Shown piece by piece: positions 26,001 to 39,938 of a stretch of DNA of 64,000 nucleotides. Position numbers and translations under genes: made by a program. The notes under the pieces were generated by a model. That model saw only the letters and a list, made by a program, of their open reading frames with translations. It did not search any database and was not told where the DNA came from. The stretch spans positions 84,010,001 through 84,074,000 of the forward strand of contig NC_083283.1 of NCBI RefSeq assembly GCF_963506605.1, in the 5' to 3' direction. Position 1 is the first letter of the stretch. Each line of letters starts with the position of its first letter. Origin of the DNA: Zootoca vivipara (Eukaryota).

Positions 26001-26440
26001 TCCATATAATTAAAGCTATGGTTTTCCCAGTAGTGATGTATGGAAGTGAGAGCTGGTCACCAAAGAATTGATGTTTTTGAATTATGGTGCTGGAGGAGAC
26101 TCTTGAGAGTCCCATGGACTTCAAGATCAAACCTATCCATTCTGAAGGAAATCAGCCCTGAGAGCTCACTGGAAGGACAGATCGTGAAGCTGAGGCTCCA
26201 ATACTTTGGCCACCTCATGAGAAGAGAAGACTCCCTGGAAAAGACCCTGATGTTGGGAAAGATGGAGGGCACAAGAAGAAGGGGACGACAGAGGATGAGA
26301 TGGTGGGACAGTGTTCTTGAAGCCACCAACATAAGTCTGACCAAACTGTGGAAGGCAGTGGAAGACAGGAGTGCCTGGCGTTCTCTGGTCCATGGGGTCA
26401 CGAAGAGTCGGACACGACTAAATGACAAAGCAACACCATA
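23044..26440 (+). mobile_element. BovB/RTE LINE, composite of a young internal segment (23169-25439) inside an older decayed copy
   Basis: The 817-aa ORF has AP-endonuclease motifs (GDWNA, NQIDYIL, SDH) and RT motifs (QAGFR, GVRQGCILSP, YADD). The BovB 3' end (HGVTKSRTRL) is at ~26390-26430. 23044-23168 repeats 24400-24524, and 25450-26090 repeats 24783-25439 with many lesions. Confidence 0.95.
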
Positions 26441-26909
26441 ATGAAGACAAGCATCATTACCCAGTCTTCCAGTTGAAACGATGGCAGGGGCAGCTGTAGG
26501 CTTTTTGTTGCTGCCAGCATTGAGCTAATCACTCCCTTCTGAAGCCCCACTGCTGTTATGATTAACTATGCAGGCATCTCCTGCACCCCACCCCAAAAAA
26601 CCCTTTTGTAAAAAATAAGAAAAAGGTACGTAGTTTGAACCGTGGTTAAAAGCTGCTTTCAAATGCTGTTGCAATGCTGCTCCCCATCACTTGAGTGCTG
26701 GTTCAGTATACCACAAAAAACATATTGTTGATGAAGGGCAAAGTGCAAGTGATGCCATACTATGCAAACAAATGTAATGTTAAATAGCTCCCTCCAAAGC
26801 TCACCCACCCAGGGAAATCTAGCACTAAGTGCTCAATTGCCTTTTTTTTTTTAAATTACTTTCATGTTTTTTCAGTTTTACAGTTACATCTTCTTTTCCA
26901 AACTATATA

Positions 26910-27147
26910 CAGTCGTACCTTGGATCCCAAATGCCTTGGTTTTGGTTCCTAAACACTGCAAACCCAGAAGTGATTGTTCCGGTTTCCGAACGTTCTTTTG
27001 GAACCCGAATAGACAGGGCTTTCACAGCTTCCAATTGGCTGCAGAAGCTTCCTGCAGCCAATCAGAAGCCGTGACTTGGTTTCCGAATGTTTTGGAAGCC
27101 AAATAGACTTCCGGAACAGATTCTGTTCGACTTCCAAAGTATGACTG
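26910..27147. mobile_element. Tc1/mariner (Tigger-like) MITE
   Basis: CAGTCGTACCTTGG...CCAAAGTATGACTG with TA flanks. Confidence 0.8.
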
Positions 27148-27613
27148 TATAATAAATCAATTTGACTTCCCACCCAGCATTTCATGACACTTCATGATAC
27201 ATCTTATTTGACTGCATATACATTAGATCCTTCACCCAATTTTCCATACCCTCTTAGCTTTCATATTGTCAACTGTTGGTCACAAAGTACCCCTGCCTGG
27301 AATTTATGTGCTCAATTGACTTTCATGCAGTTCCAAATGAACTTTTTAATCATGCTAACAGTGGGACAAGGTATCAGCCTAAATTTGCTTCACCTTTGCA
27401 CTAGAAGAGAGAAAATGAAAATGAAGTTTGTGTGGGGATTTGATAAAGGGGATACTTTATCTCTATTAGCAGCCTCTTGTGTCCTTGAAGGAAGTGTTTT
27501 CTCACACCACAATCGGTGGTGCTTCAAACCCCACAGAAATTGATCTTTTTGTCTCAACTTCATTGAAATGAATGTACTTTGATTAATACACTTCCATATC
27601 CAAACGTCTAGTG

Positions 27614-27749
27614 CAGGCATCCCCAAACTTCGGCCCTCCAGATGTTTTGGACTACAATTCCCATCTTCCCCGTCCACTGGTCCTGTTAGCTAGGGATCAT
27701 GGGAGTTGTAGGCCAAAACATCTGGAGGGCCGCAGTTTGGGGATGCCTA
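27614..27749. mobile_element. Palindromic hAT MITE
   Basis: Same family as 12733; TSD GTCTAGTG. Confidence 0.9.
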
Positions 27750-29007
27750 GTCTAGTGTTTGCCTTTCTACAAAAGCCCAAGAATGAGGAAGCAGCCAGTG
27801 TGCTTCAGCCTTCCTTTTCCATGACCAAATTAGCAGATTTTTTAAGAGACTTTGTTAACCAAGGGAAACTATGGCTCATCTCCTGCCACAACTTTGCCCA
27901 CCGATTGCCAAGAGTGGGACAGGCACCCAAGCACCTGTATGCCAGCCCAAAAGCCCAACTGTTCGTTGAAGAAGATGCTGAGAACATCCAGTAACTATGG
28001 AATGTCAAGGGTGAAAGGAAAAGTCAAAAGTAGAAGGGAACTGGCCTGATTGAGTACTTGCCAGTTTGAGTTTCTAACCCTAATAGGGTTACTTATAATA
28101 TAAGGCAGATGAGTATCTCAACTGTGTGGTTAAAAGACCAGATTTATTCTGCAGTTTTCCACACCAATGCCTGGTAATGGTTTTAAGTTATGCAAATATT
28201 ATTCAAATAGAGCTGATTTATGTAACATTTATACAAGTGACAGAAGTACACACAATCCCTGTTGTATCTGATCAAGACATGCTAGTTAGTATAAGATATA
28301 AGATCGCTGTTAATGTTAACCTCCCTGTCATGTTATTTTTGGAAAAATATTATTTTTAATTAAACTGTATCCAAATGTTTCCTTTTCTTCTCTGCAATCT
28401 GTTCCGTATTTAACTTTTTGTTTATTATAAAGCAGTTGAGCTTCCAAACTTGAGAAACAACAGTATTCTTTTAAATGCTCCCCTAGAGACATTAATGAGC
28501 TGGGAGTGAGGAGAAAAACGTAAAGACACTGCAGAACATTATTGATTGACATCATATTCTAACAATCAACTCAAGACTTGCCATAATGCTTTTAATAGAA
28601 TGAAGAAATTATTACTTTCCAAAAGCAAATACCCCCCCCCCCCCTCATCATACTATTCAAGGAAAGTCTTAACTGCATTACTGTTTACAAGAAAAGAAAA
28701 AGATCAAAAGGTTTGTAATACAGACATCAATAAGAGGTTTTATTGCATCTTAAAAGGATTACAAGACACAAAAACCTAAAGTACAGGCTCCCAGCGAACA
28801 GGCACCAGTGCTGCCAATACAGGACAAGATGTGGCAAGAAGGTTCCTCAGCAGACTCAGCAGCTGGCCTTTGTGCTTATATGCCCAAGACATGATTCTGA
28901 GAGCAGGAAACAAATTAGCTTTGCTCCAGAGCAGGAAGAAGATCTAAACACTTCCATCAAAGCCCCATTTCCAGTAGTGCTGAAGGGGCCAGGAGTTCAC
29001 GGTAACT

Positions 29008-32000
29008 TCAATATTTTGGTCTCTTCACCTCAACCCTGAAAATACAGACATTTATGAGACGCATGATACAGAAGAGTCCAACACAGAATGCAGCTCGCAG
29101 GAAGTAAAATTTACAATCAGTGGGACTTCAGCACTAATGCAACTCTCCCAGGCATGCTCTTGAGTCTTCAGAGTTGCACTCCATCATAGAAACAGACATG
29201 CTCACTAATGCGAAGAATCTGCACTTTGTGCAGTAATACATATCACCTTTCCAAGCCATGAGAACAAAATATGGCCTTCAGGGATGGTAACATGCAAAGG
29301 TACTAAAACATACAAAAGAATCCTTCTGGCAGGTGCCAGATCATAAAACCTTTTTCTTCAGCTAACAAGTACTGCAGAGGCAAGGCTTCTGCTAGAATCC
29401 AGTTACAAGCAGCGCATCAGAACTAAAGGACCAGAGGAGAGCTTCAGCCTTTTTTACAAGGCTGACATGGTGAAGACTGAATGGGCAGGTAATTTCAGTG
29501 GGATTCTGATCTATCGGCACCCACATATTGCTAGCAATAAAACCGTAAAGGGGTGGGATGAAATAGCAGATAAACTGCTTGGGCAAAACTCTACAGCTGC
29601 GCACCCACAAACAATTCTGAATATTCAATTAAGAGGTGACAGAATAAAGGTGAGGCCCTATTTCAGGTTTATGTGCACCCCATAATTAATGAATCATAGT
29701 TGAGGGTCTGGACAATTGGACTTGTGAAAGGTGTAATTTGGCCTCACTTTTTAGGAATGAAAAAAATAATGCATGGGTCAGAGCAAAAACCTTCAAGGAG
29801 AATATTCCTCAGTCCATACATGCTGAACCCTCACCCCCCTGGATCACAAAACCACCATAACTAAGTCACAGCACTCTGTTGAAGACCCATACAGCAGCAG
29901 ATTCCCAAGTAAAAGCATTTCTACTAACCCATCAGCCTCCAACTTCTTCCTTTTCTCGATGATCTGCAGAGAAGTTATAATCACTGCATTACAATTACTG
30001 TATTATGTATACAGGGTTGTATCCAACAACATAATTAAGTTTGCACAAGGACTTCCACTTGCACAACAAAACTTCCCCTCCCCCCACATGCCTCTCAGAT
30101 CTGTTCTGGAGCAGGTTTGGGGGCAGCACTGGCAGAGGGCAGTTCCATTGCGCAAACTAAACCACTTCATTAGACTGCTCCTCTGCTTTCCCTTGTGTAA
30201 CAGATCAAATGCCGATGTAGCCTGCTAGAAATCAGTTGTTTTCTGTTATGTGTTGTTGCATGCTCCTTTGCTAAACCTCAGTGCAACAACACATAACAGT
30301 AAGCTGGCCAAAGATCCATTCTCCTCTTAATCTTAAAATAAACTCTGGAAAGTGTCTGTGGTACTCTGAATAAAGTTCTGGAAAAAACCCAGCACATTCA
30401 GATGGGAAAAGGGAATATAACTAAAGAGCCATTCTACTCAAAATGCTCACCGCACTGATCTTTTTCCACTGCCGATCCAACTCCGCTTTGTCATTGGTCT
30501 CCTTGAAACGACGCGTCTTACGGCCTTCAGACATCTTAATTCCATACTGGAAAGCCGCTCTAGGATAAAACAGCAAAAGCTCTAAAATGGAGGTGAAATT
30601 CCTTCAGCAGCAAGGCTAGGTTCAAAAAAGCCTTCCCATGGTCTAAATATACATTCCCACCAATGTTACAGGAAGCAGCTGGCTTGTAAGGTTCTCCCAA
30701 AAGGTCAAAATGTTGGACCCACCATAACCCACTGCTTCTGCTTCTCCCATTCTTACCCTCAGGACAAGTGGCAAACTTACTTGGGAAGAGCCTCTTTGTT
30801 ATTCATGTACTCGCTATATTCTTCTTGTGTGTCAAAGTCCCAGCGACCAAGGGGTCCCTTTTTATTTCCCTTGAGGAGCAAGAAAAAAAAGATAAACTTA
30901 ACATATCTGTGTAGGAGAACCATATTTCTGCAGGCCTCCCTAAGAAACAGCAACCCAAAATTCCATTGGACTCCCCACAACTATCTTGTCAAGGAGGAAC
31001 ATTGAAGACCACTCTGACCCTTGCTATAATAGTTTTCTACTTGCAAGGAGGTTGGTTGATATATTGAGGAGGACCTAGGGTGGGGAGAGGATTAGTCCCA
31101 CACAGGCAGCCTGAAATCTACAAATTTCATTCTGCCACAAGCCAGGCCACAGTGTGAGGAGCTGCCACCACACAGTCCAATGGAAAATGTGAAATCTTAG
31201 GCAGTTCAAAATCTACACTCTAGGAGACATCACAACTAACAATATTGCCCCCAAATATCAGCCCCACCCTGAAGTAGAAATGCTTATCTTGAAACTAACA
31301 AATTGACAGTTTACCTGATCCATTTTGCTGTAGTCTACTTCTTCATCACTGTCCACAGCCATGTCATCCATGCTAAAAAGAAAAGGGATACAATTGGATG
31401 CTCTTATTTATACTTGCAGCCCCAAGTCTGGATAATTCCAAGTTTCACCAATTTGCAAAGACTCCAGATTAATATAATTTGCTAGCCAGTGAAGAGGAGT
31501 ACTTAATCACAAATACTGCAAACAGCTGCCCTTAATATTGGCCACTAAATATTAGGATAAGGCAAGTAAATATACTGCTTGGCTTCATGTGGTTCCCCAG
31601 AGCCCACAACCCATTTCGAGGAATACTTACGTTGCAGGGTAGCATTCAGCATAGCTGTTTGACATCCCAAAGAAGTCGCCCAATTGCTTTTTGTCTTCAG
31701 GCTTTTTTAATGTGCCCAAAGTTAAGGGAACATATAATACAGGCATATCTAGAGTCAGAAAGCATCTGACATAGGATAGTGTTGTCACCCAAAGTAATTT
31801 GGGAGTTTAGATCTATATGGGATGGCAGGAGAATAGAAAAGAAGCAGTCCTTGAGAGTCAACAAAGTCCCACATTTTTCCTTAGCAAGCCAAGGAGATAA
31901 TGGCCCAAAAATTTGATGGTAAGAGATGGACCCTCCCCACTTGCTCCAATTCTCCATCTATAGCAGCTACTTCTTTACGGACACCAGCAACACATAAGGC

Positions 32001-35000
32001 AAGTTACAGGTATTTGGAAATACCTTTTCCCTACACTTGTTTGTCTCACATTGGTAATTAAAACACTCTACCATGTTAGTTCAAGGCAAGATAAATCTTC
32101 CCATCCCACCTTGCTCTCAGAAGCCAGTAGCCAGCAGCTTCTTGGTCACTTGAAACATACACGGATCTCAAAAAGGAAAAGTGGGGAAAGGATCTCCTAT
32201 GAACGACAACTGAATACTTAAAACTAAATGCTTCTGCCTAAAGGACCAGTGTCTTCTGGAGCTTTCCCAACTACACAAGAGGAAAGTATAACCTTCAAAT
32301 GAAGGTCTTGAGCCTAGAGCGAGAGACAATTTTCTATAAAAGAGGCTAGTAAAGATACATCAAACAGCCAACTGTAGCCATTTGCACCCAGTGCCAGCAC
32401 ACATTTGTATATGCATATAAAAAGGATATGATTCTGGCCCTTCCCAGCCAGCTGCACCAGCAAACTTCTCATTGATTGATTTAATCAACTCTTTGGCTGA
32501 GCCAGGTCCTGGAAACAGTTTCATAAGAAGGTTAAGAAAGAAGCATACCTTTGGTTCAAAAGAACCTTTTATTTTAATGTTTGAAATGGTTAAAAGTTAA
32601 AATGTATAAAATTGTGAAAAAACCAATTAATGTTATTTTTTAAAAAAGAAAGAAGCATACCTTTGTCGATATCAATAGGCTAAGGAGGAAAGAAAGAGCA
32701 CATTACTCTAACATGGCAACTAAAAAGCAAGATGAACATCAGCCTTTTGTTGGGAGCAGGGTGAAGTGGTGCAGGCCTGTTAAGTGCTAATTCTTCTCCA
32801 TACACAGTATACTCCACTGCCTTCTCTCCCTTGCCTCTCATCCTGAGCCCAGATTGGAAAATCTGCACCATTTAACACATACAGTCTCAACTTCTTTAAA
32901 ACAAATCACCAGTATCAAATTATCCCTACCTCTAGGAGGATTTTATACTCATTTTATCACTGCAAGTTCCGGTAGTGGTTGGGTGCCAGGCAAAAACATT
33001 CCTCTTCTTCTAGCTGATTAAACCATCTATGTCCTTTTAAATGTGGGTGATTATTTATTGTTTGTTACTATGTTATGTATTTTTGTGTTTTTATATTGTA
33101 ACCAGCCCTGTGACCCTTGGGAGGAAGGGAGGTATAGAAAGTTGTCATGGCCAGAGTACAGTACTGTCTGCTTACCTCATCATCAGCTTTGGGTTTCTCA
33201 AAGTAGCTGTGCCTCTTCTTCTCCTCCTCACGTTCACGCTCTCTCTCTCGGTCGCGCTCACGATCTCTCTCATGTTCCCTGTCTCGCTCTCGCTCTCTTT
33301 CCCGCTCTCGGTCCCGTTCCCTGTACCTCTCTCGCTCCTTCTCTCGTGGCACTTTTGCCGCAGATGGCACATAATCACCAATGTCCTCAAAAATACTTTT
33401 TGCCAAAAAGATACAAATTAAAAAGGCATGAAACGTAAATATACACTAGCCTCAATGACAGTAGAACATTTCTTACAGGCTCCTTGAACAAATTACTCCA
33501 TCAATCAATCCTGCTACCAATCTGATGGATCCCAAGGTGGCTTCTTCTTGCTAAAATATTACTGTTTCCTGCACTCTGGGAGAGTGATAAGCCAAAATTA
33601 GCCCACTTATTCCCTCCCAAGGTCTGCTGGAGGAGCCTTCAAGACCTCTCATTTCAACCAAGTAAGAGCTTCTCGTCAAGGGTGCCAAATGCAATTAAAA
33701 GGAGTCTTGCTAAAACCCTGGAGGATAATCCACCCAGCAAAGAAGGCAGCTTACTTACCTCATATCTGCTTCTGGAGGTTTCTTTTCATCTAGTTTTCCT
33801 ACAAACAGAGAAATCAGAATAAGCCTACTTCTGTATTCATGTTATCCGTTTCAGCTTTGTTGTCTTAGGAGGGGATAATGAAAACACTATATTGCAGATA
33901 TATGTGACATCTGTGCATTGTGGCATGTGAAACTACATGCTTGACAGTTGCGGTCACTCAGCTTGTGCCTCTTCACCTGCCAAAGAGGCAAGAAGATGCA
34001 GATTAAATACAGTTCACACTAACTTCTCCCACTTTAAGTGGTTTCCTCAACTAGGAACTCATCCCTGCAGGGTAAAAAACAACACTAGCATCAGAATTCT
34101 GATAAGCAAAATGTCTGGTGTCTCCCTGCCATTTGTTTAATTTGTCCACATTTTAACGACACTTTCCCCGTCAATGCCCCTTGTGCTTATGGGAAAAGAT
34201 CCCGTCAGATCCGTACATCCCGTCAGATACAAGGCCCACCTTTGTCTTTCTTCTTCAACTTTTTGTTACGAGTGCCTTGCCTCAAGTAGGAAAGAATCTG
34301 GGTCAGTTTACTGATCACGATGTCATTTGTAGTCAGTGTTGTTTGGGCCTAGAAGCAAAGTCAAAGGTATCAGACCCCAATAGATAATGTGTGCCTCATC
34401 ATACACACAAGAAGAAAAGCACCTGCTAATTCAGAGAAAGCATTCATAACTTTTACCTCCATGGTAGGGCAATCTGCCTTGCTTCGGATCAAGGTGGTAG
34501 GAATATCTGTGTCTGCATATTCATCATCAAGATCCACCACATACGCCATCCTCCCTGGCAGGAAGAGCTCATTTCGCTCATATGCCTTGCTCTTGAATAG
34601 CATCCGGTAGATGTTTCGACCTAGGAAGGATGGGGATTTGGTGACACTAGAATATTTCAGCTACTTGCTCATGGTACCATGATAGTCACAACATTGCAAC
34701 CAAAGTACATAGAACATATATGAACATGCCTACCCAAACGAGTCTTGAATTCAATTTTGTTTTCTGGATCTTCATCTTTTCTAAGAGAAACAAAATGAAT
34801 AGATATAATACGCCTCTTCTCTAGACTACATTCTCTGTTAAACTAGAACAGGCATAGGCAAACTCCGGCCCTCCAGATTTTTTGGGACTACAATTCCCAT
34901 CATCCCTAACTAACAGGACCAGTGGTCAGGGATGAAGGGAACTGTAGTCCCAAACATCTGGAGGGCCGGAGTTTGCCTATGCCTGAGCTAGAAAGTCACA

Positions 35001-38000
35001 AGCCAGAGTTTGTCTTGTTACCACTTACTTGGTTTCTTTTTGGGGCTTCTCCATCAGTTCCTCTTCTTCCTTTTCTTTGCTGGAAATCTCAGCACGCACC
35101 TGACCAGAGAGAAATTTTCTTCAAAATCCTAGCAGAGTCCCAAAACCCAACAAATTGGATAAGGTATAGATGCCCTTTATCTTACACGTTGGCAAAGGAA
35201 TGTATGTTGCTCTGGAGTTACCTGTGTGGCAGTATCAATTGGTAATCTACACAGAAGATATGAACCTGAAGTTATTTGCATGAGTCTGTGCCAGTGTTAC
35301 GTTACTCCTGGTTTTGTTACTAATTTTGGGTGGGTGTGATTTTTATCACACCATGTGTGATCTGTATACAATGTATGTATATGAAGACCTCAAAAAATGC
35401 TACTCTAAACTATAATTTATAAACAAGATTGTAACTGAAAAACAAATAAACAGTAGTATTTATTTATTTGTAATAGCCTTAATCTCTTCAGGAAGAGATA
35501 AATTACCAGCACAAGGTGGAGGCTGAATAAAGTCAAATTTCCCCCACCTGTTGCTTTATTCGCATTTGAAAAATACAGTCAGTGGCCATTCAGACAGAGG
35601 AAGTACCAGGTGACCACATATATGAAGTAATTTATCTTATGCAGTTATACAACTGCAAAACTGCGTAACTTAACAACCAACAACAATCTCTTAACAACCA
35701 AATCTCTAGCAGCCAATAAAAGACACTGAAGATTTATGAAATATGTTCTTCAGAAAAAGCATTGCAGAAAATTAGCTCTTAAAGCAGAGAGCATAATCCA
35801 GAGTTATTCCAAAATTCTAGACAAGTTTAATACTGCATAGATTATCATAGTGTTCTTGATCAAACAGAAGTAAAAAAATCCTTAAAGGGACAGACATTAC
35901 ATATCAAATATGGAATGGTGGCAAAGGGAATAGCAATTTAGCTATCAACAACATGCATTACTGGAGAGCTCACTGAACACATGGGGAAGAGGTTCTCCAA
36001 CTTGAGAATTGCTGACTTACTATTGTATCTTCTGGCTTACCTTCTGTAGCAAAGCAAAATCCAGACCCTTCACCAAGTGAGTGTGCTCCATGTCACCACC
36101 CAAGAATTTGGACTCCTGAATCAACTGGCGCCTCTTTTCTGCAGCTGATTTGTCCCTAAGGCAATAAAAATAAACTCCATGACATCAGAGCCACATTGTA
36201 TTGCAAAGCAGAAAGGCAAAAACAGTAACTGCACTCACGCTTCTGCAGTGGGTCCCACTGCCCTGTAGTTAGCAGTTGTGCTGATCAGCTCTGTTTCCTC
36301 GTAGTCCTTGTTGACACCATCTCTTCTCTCCTTTGCACGGTCCCTGTATTTCTCAGCCAGCTCCCTCTCTCGCTCAATCTCTTGTTGGCGTAGCTTTGCA
36401 TAGTAGCTGGTGTGAAAAAAACAAACCGATTATCACTGAAATATTCAGACCATGGTATTATAAGAGAATTCCCAGTTCTCTTAACAGCTTCAGAGATAAT
36501 AGCTAGAATCTCGAAGGCTTGTCTCTGGCATCTCCAGTTATAATGCCTTTTTCTGGACCTGCCTCCCTGAAGTGATGCGCTACACATGGCTACAGGTTTT
36601 ATAGACATGTCACCAATACTTCATGCTCAATGATTTCAAAGGCCACAGAAAGATCTAATAAGATCAAGAGGATAAACAATACCCCACCAAGCTCCAAGTG
36701 AATCACTGACTGAAGTCACAAGTGTAATCTCAGCACTACAACCAGGGTAAAAGTCAAGATGGCAGAAGCACAGAAAACTAAGAGTGTCCAAGTGTTTCTG
36801 AAGAGGTCCACCACTATAAAGAAGGTAATTCAATGGGGATAAATAAGGCATAACATTTATTTTAAGGTCAATTAATCACTGGGTATCCCTCTCTTAGCGA
36901 GGAGACAGCCAAGCGCCCGACGTTTTCTGGCAGGGTTTTTTATATAGGATTTCCCCTCCACATTAAGGAAACATTAGGAAAGCTTTGGATCAAGATCTCT
37001 CAATTTACCTTTTCTTTTTTCTCCTCCGAGCAGCTGGATCTTCATCTTCATTGTACTCTCTTGGCATCCTAAACAGGACAAAAAATTGTGCTCACAGAAT
37101 GCCCAACTTTGAGAGTGTGTGCTAGGAACATGCTTGGGATAGGTCATTTCATGCCATTTAATAAAACAACTAGTTCAGTCAAAGGAAGCCAAAGGTGACC
37201 ATGAAAGCCTTCCGAGTAAGAGTTTTGAGGATGCTTTAAGATTTGCATATAGATTTTGAGAGCTAGGTAGCATACTGGCAAAACCTAGGAGCTGTAAAAT
37301 CCCCAAAACAAAATTTATCCCAGTCATATATGGTAGCGTTCTCTCAGTCTCTGCCCATCTCATTAACAATTTAGGATAATACTATCTTATCTCTCATTGC
37401 TCTAAGGAATGATATAATGTATGTGAAATGCTTTGAACACTCAAAAGCAGGGGTAGCCAACTTGATGCCCTCTTGGTAGCCAACTCCCATCAGCCCTAAC
37501 CAGCATGGCCAATGATTGGGGTGATGAGAGTTATAATCCAGCAACATCCAGAGGGCACTAAAACAATACTGCTGCTCTAAAGTGTTATATTACTGCCAAG
37601 CATGATCACTATTGTTTTAAGATCAATGTATTAGCCTCATTAGATACCTAATTCTGAATTTAGTTTCTTTCTATTTTGTGCCCAAATTATACAGAATACA
37701 CAAACTTATGCCAAAACGAAGTACTGTACTGAATAAATATGTACCAGCTGACCAGGGGTGGGCAGGGGACAGGGAGAAAGACCTCAACAAAGTTTTGTTA
37801 AATAATACAGAAATTACATGCTTACTCATGATGGCGAGACTTGGAAGGTGGTGCAGATGTTGGAGCTGCTCGTGGGGTCATAAGAAGTTTTCGGAAGTCT
37901 TCATTGGTCAGTTTAGATCTAGAATAAAAACAATTGTGATTTACTGCCAAAAAACCCACAGTTCATTATCCTGCCTTCAACACATCATGATACAAGATTT

Positions 38001-39639
38001 ACTGAAGGACAAAAACTTTCCAAATTCCATTTTATGATACCAAATAGCCAACATGTTTGTATGGACTGAAAAACCTCTGCAAGCAAAACAAAAACAAAAA
38101 CACAGGCATCCATTGGCTATCCTGTCTTCTTCCATTGGTTGAAGCAGGAAAATTAGCTGATGGATGGTGGGACAGTGGTGGGTGGGAGGACACAGAACAA
38201 AAACAAAATGCATTAGGGCCATTGCAGGACACACTATTGTTCCATCATGATTTGGTAGCTGTAATGAACTACACATCATAAGAATTCCACTTATCCAGTT
38301 CTTTTGGTACTTTGCAATAGTAGTGGCATGAATCCAGAACTTTTCAGTAGTCTTGCTAGCCGGGCTCATGGTTGCCAAGACCCCTTATCCCTAACTACAT
38401 GCTGCATCTCTGTATGAAGCTATGGACAATCCCCTGATCCCACCTCCAGTTTCAAGTTCAGAATTGTCCATGTGGCTGCCTTGGGATTCACTATCCCAGC
38501 ACAACTGGTAGGATAATCTCACCCCTCCCCAGCTCTAAGGTCGAAAAAAGAAGGATGGGCAATCCTTGAATCACCCTTGTTGGAAGCCAATAAAACATTC
38601 ACCACAGTGAGTAGTTTAGAGACACTTAGACAGCAGCAATGAATAAAAACAGGACGCTTGAACCATCTAATACAAAACATAACTAAAAGTTCTACTCACT
38701 GGTGAAAGGAATGAGAATCATCCACCTCATGGCCATCTGGGGCCAGAGGATTAGAGAACGGCTCACCTAGAAAGAAGAAAAAGAAGTAATTCCAAGCCAA
38801 CGCAATACACATGCTGTGCTGCCAAACATGTAAACACACCATTTGCATAGATTATTACAGGGTTTTCATTCAGAAATTAAGCCACCCAGAGAAAGAGAAA
38901 CAAACAAACAATGAAGATGGAACTTCAGTTTGTCAGGAACTCCGGCTCTGCAATGAGTTGTGTGACCAGCTGCTATCTCTGCTCCAAGTAAGTGATTGAA
39001 TACAAAGTTAGCAAAGAGCAGGAGGCTCTAAGAGCAGGAGTGAGGAACCTACACACACACAATGTTTTTGAACTGCAATTTCCATCAAACCCAGCAAATG
39101 CGGCTAACGGCAAAAGTAAAATGGGAGTTGTAGTACATCAGTGCCTGGAGGGCTGCAGCGTTTTCCCCACAGCTACTCTGGGTTGCCACTGCCTACCCAA
39201 GGCAGGATCGCCCCCTACCTTCCCAGCCACCCCGCAGATTAAGCCCCAGGCAATGTGCCACAGGAGCAACTAAATACATTTATCTATTTACCGGTATTTC
39301 ACAAAATGTACACATCCCTTGGTGGTTGTTAAAACAACACAAAACCCTCAGAGCGGTTTACACAAAGGTGAGGCGATAAAATCGAGAGATTCACAACCCC
39401 ACATAGGAACGTGGAAAGGATGTTTTCGGCAGGCGCCCCAAAGGGGGACACGGCGAAGGCGCCTGCCTGGTCTCAAGCGCAAGGGAGTTCCGAAGCGCCG
39501 GGTCCACGGCCGCGCTCTTCCGGGGTCGCGGTCGGTGCCTCATCGGCAACTATATCCCCCCTCCACCGCTCCCCCCCCCGAGAAACACGGACTCCCGCCC
39601 CCGCGCTCTCCGGGGACACTCACTCTCCCGCTCCGGCAT
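29008..39639 (-). CDS. IK: Protein Red (IK), spliceosomal B-complex factor, 20 coding exons, ~555 aa
   Basis: Exons 39624-39639, 38700-38766, 37826-37918, 37009-37068, 36239-36406, 36041-36155, 35029-35099, 34734-34780, 34457-34620, 34240-34348, 33759-33798, 33176-33395, 32661-32679, 32430-32508, 31631-31711, 31315-31372, 30781-30869, 30451-30559, 29929-29963, 29008-29035; 1668 nt in phase. Includes MPERESEPFSNP, KLTNEDFRKLL, RE/RD repeat, GRWDFDTQEEY, VEVKRPKY*. AATAAA at ~28739-28744(-). Confidence 0.97.
31712..32429 (-). other. U12-type (minor spliceosome) AT-AC intron, IK intron 14
   Basis: Donor ATATCCTTT (32429-32421), branch site TCCCTTAAC (31729-31721), acceptor AC; the joined exons read GWEGPES-LKKPEDKKQ in frame. 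Confidence 0.93.
34849..34985. mobile_element. Palindromic hAT MITE in IK intron 7
   Basis: CAGGCATAGGCAAACTCCGG...CCGGAGTTTGCCTATGCCTG; TSD A(A/G)CTAGAA. Confidence 0.88.
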
Positions 39640-39879
39640 CTTCGCTCTCGCCGCCGCCGCGGGTCTCGGCCTGAGGTAAAAAGAAGCACAACAACAACGC
39701 AGCGAAACCCCTTCGCTTTTCCCACAAGGCACCGCGCGGCGGAAGGAGGCGGGGAAGCGGCACAGCCTATGACCCACAACGCCCTGCGCGGAGATCGAGA
39801 ATATAGAGAGAAATAATATTATATAAACCTGTCTGCCATTGCTTCAATAGCAAAATTCCGGGTTTACTTGGGAAGCCAC

Positions 39880-39938
<59 letters not shown>

